DNA from: Heterodontus francisci
Lineage: Eukaryota
Assembly (NCBI RefSeq): GCF_036365525.1
Contig: NC_090399.1
Coordinates: 42,812,430 to 42,876,429 of the forward strand
Length of the DNA stretch: 64,000 bases
Direction: 5' to 3'
The translations under genes were made by a program, and so were the position numbers. Positions 51,801 through 64,000 of the stretch are shown one piece after another (the first letter of the stretch is position 1; each line of letters opens with the position of its first letter). A model generated the notes under the pieces. It did not search any database, was not told the origin of the DNA, and saw nothing but the letters and a program-made list of their open reading frames with translations.

Positions 51801-54800
51801 ACATGAACCCCAAAACACCAACCCCACACAGAGAGACACATCAGGACATGATCCCCAAAACACCAACCCCACACATTGAGACACATCAGGACATGAACCC
51901 CAAAACACCAACCCCATACAGAGAGACATCAGGACATGAACCCCAAAACACCAACCCCACACATCGAGACACATCAAGACATGAACCCCAAAACACCAAC
52001 CCCACACAGAGAGACACATCAAGACATGAACCCCAAAACACCAACCCCACACAGAGAGACAGATCAGGACATGAACCCCAAAACACCAACCCCACACAGA
52101 GAGACACATCCGGACATGAACCCCAAAACACCAACCCCACACAGAGAGACATCAGGACATGAACCCCAAAACACCAACCCCACACAGAGACACATCAGGA
52201 CATGAACCGCAAAACACCAACCCCACACATTGAGACATCATCAGGACATGAACCCCAAAACACCAACCCCACATAGAGAAACATCAGGACATGAACCCCA
52301 AAACACCAACCCCACACATCGAGACACATCAAGACATGAACCCCAAAACACCAACCCCACACAGAGAGACACATCAGGACATGATCCCCAAAACACCAAC
52401 CCCACACATTGAGACACATCAGGACATGAACCCCAAAACACCAACCCCACACAGAGAGACATCAGGACATGAACCCCAAAACACCAACCCCACACATCGA
52501 GACACATCAAGACATGAACCCCAAAACACCAACCCCACACAGAGAGACACATCAAGACATGAACCCCAAAACACCAACCCCACACATCGAGACACATGAG
52601 GACATGAACCCCAAAACACCAACCCCACACAGAGACACATCAGGACATGAACCCCAAAACACCAACCCCACACAGAGAGACATCAGGATATGAACCCAAA
52701 ACACCAACCCCACACAGAGACACATCAGGACATGAACCCCAAAACACCAACCCCACAAAAAGACATCAGGACATAAACCCCAAAACACCAACCCCACACA
52801 GAGAGACATCAGGACATGAACCCCAAAACACCAACCCCACACAGAGAGACATCAGGACATGAACCCAAAAACACCAGCCCCACACAGAGAGAGACATCAG
52901 GACATGAACCCCAAAGCACCAACCCCTCACAGAGAAACATCAGGACATGAACCCCAAAATACCAACCCCACACAGAGAGAAACATCAGGACATGAACCCC
53001 AAAACACCAACCCCACACATCGAGACACATGAGGACATGAACCCCAAAACACCAACCCCACACAGACACACATCAGGACATGAACCCCAAAACACCAACC
53101 CCACACAGAGAGACATCAGGATATGAACCCAAAACACCAACCCCACACAGAGACACATCAGGACATGAACCCCAAAACACCAACCCCACAAAGAGACATC
53201 AGGACATAAACCCCAAAACACCAACCCCACACAGAGAGACATCAGGACATGAACCCCAAAACACCAACACCACACAGAGAGACATCAGGACATGAACCCA
53301 AAAACACCAGCCCCACCCAGAGAGAGACATCAGGACATGAACCCCAAAGCACCAACCCCTCACAGAGAAACATCAGGACATGAATCCAAAATACCAACCC
53401 CACACAGAGAGAGACATCAGGACATGAACCCCAAAACACCAACCCCACGCAGAGAGTCATCAGGACATGAACCCCAAAACACCAAACCCACACAGAGAGA
53501 CATCAGGACATGAACCCCAAAACACCAACCCCACACAGAGAGACATCAGGACATGAACCCCAAAACACCAACCCCACACAGAGAGACACATGAGGACATG
53601 AACCCCAAAACACCAACCCCACACATCGAGACACATCAGGACATGAACCCCAAAACACAAACCCCACACAGAGACACATGAGGACATGAACCCCAAAACA
53701 CCAACCCCACACATCGAGAGACATCAGGACATGAACCCCAAAACACCAACCCCACACAGAGAGACACATCAAGACATGAACCCCAAAACACCAAACCCAC
53801 ACATCGAGACACATCAAGACATGAACCCCAAAACACCAACCCCACACAGAGAGACATCAGGACATGAACCCCAAAACACCAACCCCACACATCGAGACAC
53901 ATCAAGACATGAACCCCAAAACACCAACCCCACACAGAGAGACACATCAGGACATGATCCCCAAAACACCAACCCCACACATTGAGACACATCAGGACAT
54001 GAACCCCAAAACACCAACCCCACACAGAGAGACATCAGGACATGAACCCCAAAACACCAACCCCACACATCGAGACACATCAAGACATGAACCCCAAAAC
54101 ACCAACCCCACACAGAGAGACACATCAAGACATGAACCCCAAAACACCAACCCCACACATCGAGACACATGAGGACATGAACCCCAAAACACCAACCCCA
54201 CACAGAGACACATCAGGACATGAACCCCAAAACACCAACCCCACACAGAGAGACATCAGGATATGAACCCAAAACAACAACCCCACACAGAGACACATCA
54301 GGACATGAACCCCAAAACACCAACCCCACAAAAAGACATCAGGACATAAACCCCAAAACACCAACCCCACACAGAGAGACATCAGGACATGAACCCCAAA
54401 ACACCAACCCCACACAGAGAGACATCAGGACATGAACCCAAAAACACCAGCCCCACACAGAGAGAGACATCAGGACATGAACCCCAAAGCACCAACCCCT
54501 CACAGAGAAACATCAGGACATGAACCCCAAAATACCAACCCCACACAGAGAGAGACATCAGGACATGAACCCCAAAACACCAACCCCACACATCGAGACA
54601 CATGAGGACATGAACGCCAAAACACCAACCCCACACAGAGACACATCAGGACATGAACCCCAAAACACCAACCCCACACAGAGAGACATCAGGATATGAA
54701 CCCAAAACACCAACCCCACACAGAGACACATCAGGACATGAACCCCAAAACACCAACCCCACAAAAAGACATCAGGACATAAACCCCAAAACACCAACCT

Positions 54801-57800
54801 CACACATAGAGACATCAGGACATGAACCCCAAAACACCAACCCCACACAGAGAGACATCAGGACATGAACCCAAAAACACCAGCCCCACACAGAGAGAGA
54901 CATCAGGACATGAACCCCAAAGCACCAACCCCTCACAGAGAAACATCAGGACATGAATCCAAAATACCAACCCCACACAGAGAGAGACATCAGGACATGA
55001 ACCCCAAAACACCAACCCCACGCAGAGAGTCATCAGGACATGAACCCCAAAACACCAACCCCACACAGAGAAACATCAGGACATGAACCCCAAAACACCA
55101 ACCCCACACAGAGAGACATCAGGACATGAACCCCAAAACACCAACCCCACACAGAGAGACATCAGGACATGAACCCCAAAACACCAACCCCACACAGAGA
55201 GACATCAGGACATGAACCCCAAAACACGAACCCCACACAGACAGACATCAGGACATGAACCCCAAAACACCAACCCCAATCAGAGAGACGTCAGGACATG
55301 AACCCAGAAACACCAACCCCACAGAGACACATCAGGACATGAACCTCAAACCACCAACCCCACACAGAGAGAGACATCAGGACATGAACCCCAAAACACC
55401 AACCCCACAGAGAGAGAGACATCAGGACATGAACCCCAAAACACCAACCCCAATCAGAGAGACGTCAGGACATGAACCCAGAAACACCAACCCCACTCAG
55501 AGAGACACATCAGGACATGAACCCCAAAACACAAACCCCACACAGACAGACATCAGGACATGAACCCCAAAACATCAACCCCACACAGAGACATCAGGAC
55601 ATGAACCCCAAAACACAAACCCCACACAGAGACACATCAGGACATGAACCCCAAAACACCAACCCCACACATCGAGACACATCAGGACATGAACCCCAAA
55701 ACACCAACCCCACATATCGAGACACATCAAGACATGAACCCCAAAACACCAACCCCACACATCGAGACACATCAGGACATGAACCCCAAAACACCAACCC
55801 CACATATCGAGACACATCAAGACATGAACCCCAAAATACCAACCCCACACATCGAGACACATCAGGACATGAACCCCAAAACACCAACCCCACACATCGA
55901 GACACATCAGGACATGAACCCCAAAACACCAACCCCTCACAGAGAAACATCAGGACATGAACCCCAAAACACCAACCCCACACATCGAGACACATCAGGA
56001 CATGAACCCCAAAACACCAACCCCACACATCGAGACACATGAGGACATGAACCCCAAAACACCAACCCCACACAGAGAGACACATCAAGACATGAACCCC
56101 AAAACACAAACCCCACACATCGAGACACATGAGGACATGAACCCCAAAACACCAACCCCACACATCGAGACACACCAGGACATGAACCCCAAAACACCAA
56201 CCCCACACAGAGACACATGAGGACATGAACCCCAAAACACCAACCCCACACAGAGAGACATCAGGACATGAACCCCAAAACACCAACCCCACACAGAGAG
56301 ACACATCAAGACATGAACCCCAAAACACCAACCCCACACAGAGACACATCAAGACATGAACCCCAAAACACCAACCCCACACATCGAGACACATCAAGAC
56401 ATGAACCCCAAAACACCAACCCCACACATCGAGACACATCAAGACATGAACCCCAAAACACCAACCCCACACATCGAGACACATCAAGACATGAACCCCA
56501 AAACACCAACCCCACACAGAGAGACATCAGGACATGAACCCCAAAACACCAACCCCACACATCGAGACACATCAAGACATGAACCCCAAAACACCAACCC
56601 CACACAGAGAGACACATCAGGACATGATCCCCAAAACACCAACCCCACACATTGAGACACATCAGGACATGAACCCCAAAACACCAACCCCACACAGAGA
56701 GACATCAGGACATGAACCCCAAAACACCAACCCCACACATCGAGACACATCAAGACATGAACCCCAAAACACCAACCCCACACAGAGAGACACATCAAGA
56801 CATGAACCCCAAAACACCAACCCCACACAGAGAGACACATCAGGACATGAACCCCAAAACACCAACCCCACACAGAGAGACACATCCGGACATGAACCCC
56901 AAAACACCAACCCCACACAGAGAGACATCAGGACATGAACCCCAAAACACCAACCCCACACAGAGACACATCAGGACATGAACCGCAAAACACCAACCCC
57001 ACACATTGAGACACATCAGGACATGAACCCCAAAACACCAACCCCACATAGAGAAACATCAGGACATGAACCCCAAAACACCAACCCCACACATCGAGAC
57101 ACATCAGGACATGATCCCCAAAACACCAACCCCACAGAGAGAAAGACATCAGGACATGAACCCCAAAACGCCAACCCCACACAGAGACACACATCAGGAT
57201 ATGAACCCCAAAACACCAACACAAGAGAGACATCAGGACATGAACCCCAAAACACCAACCCCACACAGAGAAACATCAGGACATGAACCCCAAAACACCA
57301 ACCCCACAAAAAGACATCAGGACATAAACCCCAAAACACCAACCCCACACAGAGAGACATCAGGACATGAACCCCAAAACACCAACCCCACACAGAGAGA
57401 CATCAGGACATGAACCCCAAAACACCAACCCCACACAGAGAGACATCAGGACATGAACCCCAAAACACCAACCCCACACAGAGAGACATCAGGACATGAA
57501 CCCCAAAACGCCAACCCCACACATCGAGACACATCAAGACATGAACCCCAAAACACCAACCCCACTCATCGAGACACATCAAGACATGAACCCCAAAACA
57601 CCAACCCCACACATCGAGACACATCAAGACATGAACCCCAAAACACCAACCCCACACATCGAGACACATCAAGACATGAACCCCAAAACACCAACACCAC
57701 ACATCGAGACACATCAAGACATGAACCCCAAAACACCAACCCCACACATCGAGACACATCAAGACATGAACCCCAAAACACCAACACCACACATCGAGAC

Positions 57801-60800
57801 ACATCAAGACATGAACCCCAAAACGCCAACCCCACACATCGAGACACATCAAGACATGAACCCCAAAACACTAACCCCACACAGAGAGAGACATCAAGAC
57901 ATGAACCCCAAAACACTAACCCCACACAGAGAGAGACATCAGGACATGAACCCCAAAACACCAACCCCACACAGAGAAACATCAGGACATGAACCCCAAA
58001 ACACCAAGCCCACACAGAGAGACATCAGGACATGAACCCCAAAACACCAAGCCCACACAGAGAGACATCAGGACATGAACACCAAAACACCAGCCCCACA
58101 CAGAGAGAGACATCAGGACATGAACCCCAAAACACCAACCCCACAGAGAGAGAGACATCAGGACATGAACCCCAAAACACCAACCCCACATAGAGAAACA
58201 TCAGGACATGAACCCCAAAACACCAACCCCACACAGAGACACATCAGGACATGAACCCCAAAACACCAACCCCACAGAGAGAAAGACATCAGGACATGAA
58301 CCCCAAAACGCCAACCCCACACAGAGACACACATCAGGATAAGAACCCCAAAACACCAACACAAGAGAGACATCAGGACATGAACCCCAAAACACCAACC
58401 CCACACAGAGAGACATCAGGACATGAACCCCAAAACACCAACACAAGAGAGACATCAGGACATGAACCCCAAAACACCAACCCCACACAGAGAGACATCA
58501 GGATATGAACCCAAAACACCAACACCACACAGAGACACATCAGGACATGAACCCCAAAACACCAACCCCACAAAAAGACATCAGGACATAAACCCCAAAA
58601 CACCAACCCCACACAGAGAGACATCAGGACATGAACCCAAAAACACCAGCCCCACACAGAGAGAGACATCAGGACATGAACCCCAAAGCACCAACCCGTC
58701 ACAGAGAAACATCAGGACATGAACCCCAAAATACCAACCCCACACAGAGAGAGACATCAGGAAATGAACCCCAAAACACCAACCCCACGCAGAGAGTCAT
58801 CAGGACATGAACCCCAAAACACCAACCCCACACAGAGAGACATCAGGACATGAACCCCAAAACACCAACCCCACACAGAGAGACATCAGGACATGAACCC
58901 AAAAACACCAGCCCCACACAGAGAGAGACATCAGGACATGAACCCCAAAGCACCAACCCTTCACAGAGAAACATCAGGACATGAACCCCAAAATACCAAC
59001 CCCACACAGAGAGAGACATCAGGAAATGAACCCCAAAACACCAACCCCAGGCAGAGAGTCATCAGGACATGAACCCCAAAACACCAACCCCACACAGAGA
59101 GACATCAGGACATGAACCCCAAAACACCAACCCCACACAGAGAGACATCAGGACATGAACCCCAAAACACCAACCCCACACAGAGAGACATCAGGACATG
59201 AACCCCAAAACACCAACCCCACACAGAGAGAGATCAGGACATGAACCCCAAAACACCAACCCCACTCAGAGAGACACATCAGGACATGAACCCCAAAACA
59301 CAAACCCCACACAGACAGACATCAGGACATGAACCCCAAAACATCAACCCCACACAGAGACATCAGGACATGAACCCCAAAACACAAACCCCACACAGAG
59401 ACACATCAGGACATGAACCCCAAAACACCAACCCCACACATCGAGACACATCAGGACATGAACCCCAAAACACCAACCCCACATATCGAGACACATCAAG
59501 ACATGAACCCCAAAACACCAACCCCACACATCGAGACACATCAGGACATGAACCCCAAAACACCAACCCCACATATCGAGACACATCAAGACATGAACCC
59601 CAAAACACCAACCCCACACATCGAGACACATCAGGACATGAACCCCAAAACACCAACCCCACACATCGAGACACATCAGGACATGAACCCCAAAACACCA
59701 ACCCCTCACAGAGAAACATCAGGACATGAACCCCAAAACACCAACCCCACACATCGAGACACATCAGGACATGAACCCCAAAACACCAACCCCACACATC
59801 GAGACACATGAGGACATGAACCCCAAAACACCAACCCCACACAGAGAGACACATCAAGACATGAACCCCAAAACACAAACCCCACACATCGAGACACATG
59901 AGGACATGAACCCCAAAACACCAACCCCACACATCGAGACACATCAGGACATGAACCCCAAAACACAAACCCCACACAGAGACACATGAGGACATGAACC
60001 CCAAAACACCAACCCCACACAGAGAGACATCAGGACATGAACCCCAAAACACCAACCCCACACAGAGAGACACATCAAGACATGAACCCCAAAACACCAA
60101 CCCCACACAGAGACACATCAAGACATGAACCCCAAAACACCAACCCCACACATCGAGACACATCAGGACATGATCCCCAAAACACCAACCCCACACATTG
60201 AGACACATCAGGACATGAACCCCAAAACACCAACCCCACACAGAGAGACATCAGGACATGAACCCCAAAACACCAACCCCACACATCGAGACACATCAAG
60301 ACATGAACCCCAAAACACCAACCCCACACAGAGAGACATCAGGACATGAACCCCAAAACACCAACCCCACACAGAGACACATCAGGACATGAACCGCAAA
60401 ACACCAACCCCACACATTGAGACACATCAGGACATGAACCCCAAAACACCAACCCCACATAGAGAAACATCAGGACATGAACCCCAAAACACCAACCCCA
60501 CACATCGAGACACATCAGGACATGATCCCCAAAACACCAACCCCACAGAGAGAAAGACATCAGGACATGAACCCCAAAACGCCAACCCCACACAGAGACA
60601 CACATCAGGATATGAACCCCAAAACACCAACACAAGAGAGACATCAGGACATGAACCCCAAAACACCAACCCCACACAGAGAGACATCAGGACATGAACC
60701 CCAAAACACCAACACAAGAGAGACATCAGGACATGAACCCCAAAACACCAACCCCACACAGAGAAACATCAGGACATGAACCCCAAAACACCAACCCCAC

Positions 60801-63800
60801 AAAAAGACATCAGGACATAAACCCCAAAACACCAACCCCACACAGAGAGACATCAGGACATGAACCCCAAAACACCAACCCCACACAGAGAGACATCAGG
60901 ACATGAACCCCAAAACACCAACCCCACACATCGAGACACATCAAGACATGAACCCCAAAACACCAACCCCACACATCGAGACACATCAAGACATGAACCC
61001 CAAAACACCAACCCCACACATCGAGACACATCAAGACATGAACCCCAAAACACCAACCCCACACATCGAGACACATCAAGACATGAACCCCAAAACACCA
61101 ACACCACACATCGAGACACATCAAGACATGAACCCCAAAACACCAACCCCACACATCGAGACACATCAAGACATGAACCCCAAAACACCAACACCACACA
61201 TCGAGACACATCAAGACATGAACCCCAAAACGCCAACCCCACACATCGAGACACATCAAGACATGAACCCCAAAACACTAACCCCACACAGAGAGAGACA
61301 TCAAGACATGAACCCCAAAACACTAACCCCACACAGAGAAACATCAGGACATGAACCCCAAAACACCAAGCCCACACAGAGAGACATCAGGACATGAACC
61401 CCAAAACACCAAGCCCACACAGAGAGACATCAGGACATGAACACCAAAACACCAGCCCCACACAGAGAGAGACATCAGGACATGAACCCCAAAACACCAA
61501 CCCCACAGAGAGAGAGACATCAGGACATGAACCCCAAAACACCAACCCCACATAGAGAAACATCAGGACATGAACCCCAAAACACCAACCCCACACAGAG
61601 ACACATCAGGACATGAACCCCAAAACACCAACCCCACAGAGAGAAAGACATCAGGACATGAACCCCAAAACGCCAACCCCACACAGAGACACACATCAGG
61701 ATAAGAACCCCAAAACACCAACACAAGAGAGACATCAGGACATGAACCCCAAAACACCAACCCCACACAGAGAGACATCAGGACATGAACCCCAAAACAC
61801 CAAAACAAGAGAGACATCAGGACATGAACCCCAAAACACCAACCCCACACAGAGAGACATCAGGATATGAACCCAAAACACCAACACCACACAGAGACAC
61901 ATCAGGACATGAACCCCAAAACACCAACCCCACAAAAAGACATCAGGACATAAACCCCAAAACACCAACCCCACACAGAGAGACATCAGGACATGAACCC
62001 AAAAACACCAGCCCCACACAGAGAGAGACATCAGGACATGAACCCCAAAGCACCAACCCGTCACAGAGAAACATCAGGACATGAACCCCAAAATACCAAC
62101 CCCACACAGAGAGAGACATCAGGAAATGAACCCCAAAACACCAACCCCACGCAGAGAGTCATCAGGACATGAACCCCAAAACACCAACCCCACACAGAGA
62201 GACATCAGGACATGAACCCAAAAACACCAGCCCCACACAGAGAGAGACATCAGGACATGAACCCCAAAGCACCAACCCTTCACAGAGAAACATCAGGACA
62301 TGAACCCCAAAATACCAACCCCACACAGAGAGAGACATCAGGAAATGAACCCCAAAACACCAACCCCACGCAGAGAGTCATCAGGACATGAACCCCAAAA
62401 CACCAACCCCACACAGAGAGACATCAGGACATGAACCCCAAAACACCAACCCCACACAGAGAGACATCAGGACATGAAGCCCAAAACACCAACCCCACAC
62501 AGAGAGACATCAGGACATGAACCCCAAAACACCAACCCCACACAGAGAGACATCAGGACATGAACCCCAAAACACCAACCCCACACAGAGAGACATCAGG
62601 ACATGAACCCCAAAACACCAACCCCACGCAGAGAGTCATCAGGACATGAACCCCAAAACACCAACCCCACGCAGAGAGTCATCAGGACATGAACCCCAAA
62701 GCACCAACCCCTCACAGAGAAACATCAGGACATGAACCCCAAAATACCAACCCCACACAGAGAGAGACATCAGGACATGAACCCCAAAACACCAACACCA
62801 CGCAGAGAGACATCAGGACATGAACCCCAAAACACCAACCCCACACAGAGAGACATCAGGACATGAACCCCAAAACACCAACCCCACACAAAGAGACATC
62901 AGGACATGAACTCCAAAACACCAACCCCACACAGAGAGACATCAGGATATGAACCCCAAAACACAAACCCCACACAGAGAGACATCAGGACATGAACTCC
63001 AAAACACCAACCCCACACAGAGAGACATCTGGACATGAACCCCAAAACACCAACCCCACACATCGAGACACATCAAGACATGAACCCCAAAACACCAACC
63101 CCACACAGAGAGAGACATCAGGACATGAACCCCAAAACACCAACCCCACACAGAGAAACATCAGGACATGAAACCCAAAACACCAACCCCACTTAGAGCG
63201 AGACATCAGGACATGAACCCCAAAACACCAACCCCACACAGAGAGACACATCAGGACATGAACCCCAAAACACCAACCCCACTTAGAGCGAGACATCAGG
63301 ACATGAACCCCAAAACACCAACCCCACACAGAGAGACACATCAGGACATGAACCCCAAAACACCAACCCCACAGAGAGAAAGACATCAGGACATGAACCC
63401 CAAAACACCAACCCCACACAGAGAAACATCAGGACATGAACCCCAAAACACCAACCCCACACAGAGAAACAACAGGACATGAAACCCAAAACACCAACCC
63501 CACTTAGAGCGAGACATCAGGACATGAACCCCAAAACACCAACCCCACACAGAGAGAAACATCAGGACATGAACCCCAAAACACCAACCCCACACAGAGA
63601 GACACATCAGGACATGAACCCCAAAACACCAACCCCACAGAGAGAGACATCAGGACATGAACCCCAAAACACTAACCCCACACAGAGAGAAACATCAAGA
63701 CATGAACCCCAAAACACCAACCCCACATATCGAGACACATCAGGACATGAACCCCAAAACACCAACCCCACACAGAGACACATCAGGACATGAACCCCAA

Positions 63801-64000
63801 AACACCAACACAAGAGAGACATCAGGACATGAACCCCAAAACACCAACCCCACTTAGAGCGAGACATCAGGACATGAACCCCAAAACACCAACCCCACTG
63901 AGAGCGAGACATCAGGACATGAACCCCAAAACACTAACCCCACACAGAGAGAAACATCAGGACATGAACCCCAAAACACCAACCCCACACAGAGAGACAC
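39828..64000. repeat. Giant 43/45-bp tandem satellite (>24 kb, roughly 550 units) in MHC intron 1
   Basis: Units gacatcaggacatgaaccccaaaacaccaaccccacacagaga (43) and gacacatcaggacatgaaccccaaaacaccaaccccacacatcga (45), plus variants. No non-repeat interruption seen to the window end. Confidence 0.99.

Noticed and set aside
39828-64000. Hundreds of ORFs (MNPKTPTPH.., MWGWCFGVHVL..) and a superficial CRISPR-like periodicity
   Set aside because: These are translations of a tandem repeat. The 43/45-bp mixture breaks frames, there are no unique spacers and no cas genes, and the context is eukaryotic.

Overview
Vertebrate genomic DNA, most likely a shark or other cartilaginous fish (HE1/V-SINE, CR1 and Penelope families, GPR139/142-like receptor, shark-type class I sequence). 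The main feature is an apparently intact MHC class I heavy-chain gene on the minus strand: alpha1 39809-39549, alpha2 32199-31927, alpha3 31289-31026, TM 22665-22555, cytoplasmic 21862-21830 and 21463-21416. All junctions are GT-AG phase 1 and give an open mature chain of about 329 aa. The leader exon lies beyond the window. The chain has lost the peptide-anchoring residues Y59, T143 and K146, so it looks non-classical. Its introns are unusual. Intron 1 is more than 24 kb of a 43/45-bp satellite that is G-rich and AG-poor on the sense strand and runs up to the splice acceptor. Intron 2 carries a CCAAT/GC-box array, a solo LTR and a near full-length CR1. Intron 3 is a tandem array of the exon's own splice donor. 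Intron 4 holds a solo LTR and a 7.1-kb decayed class I ERV (tRNA-Ser PBS, possible -1 gag/pro frameshift site, mismatched LTRs, no TSD). The left 21 kb contains a two-exon GPR139/142-like pseudogene, an orphan BRE1 (RNF20/40) pseudo-exon, Penelope-like elements with minimal hammerhead-ribozyme motifs, and nested CR1/LINE/SINE insertions. Coordinates were read by eye and TE boundaries are approximate.
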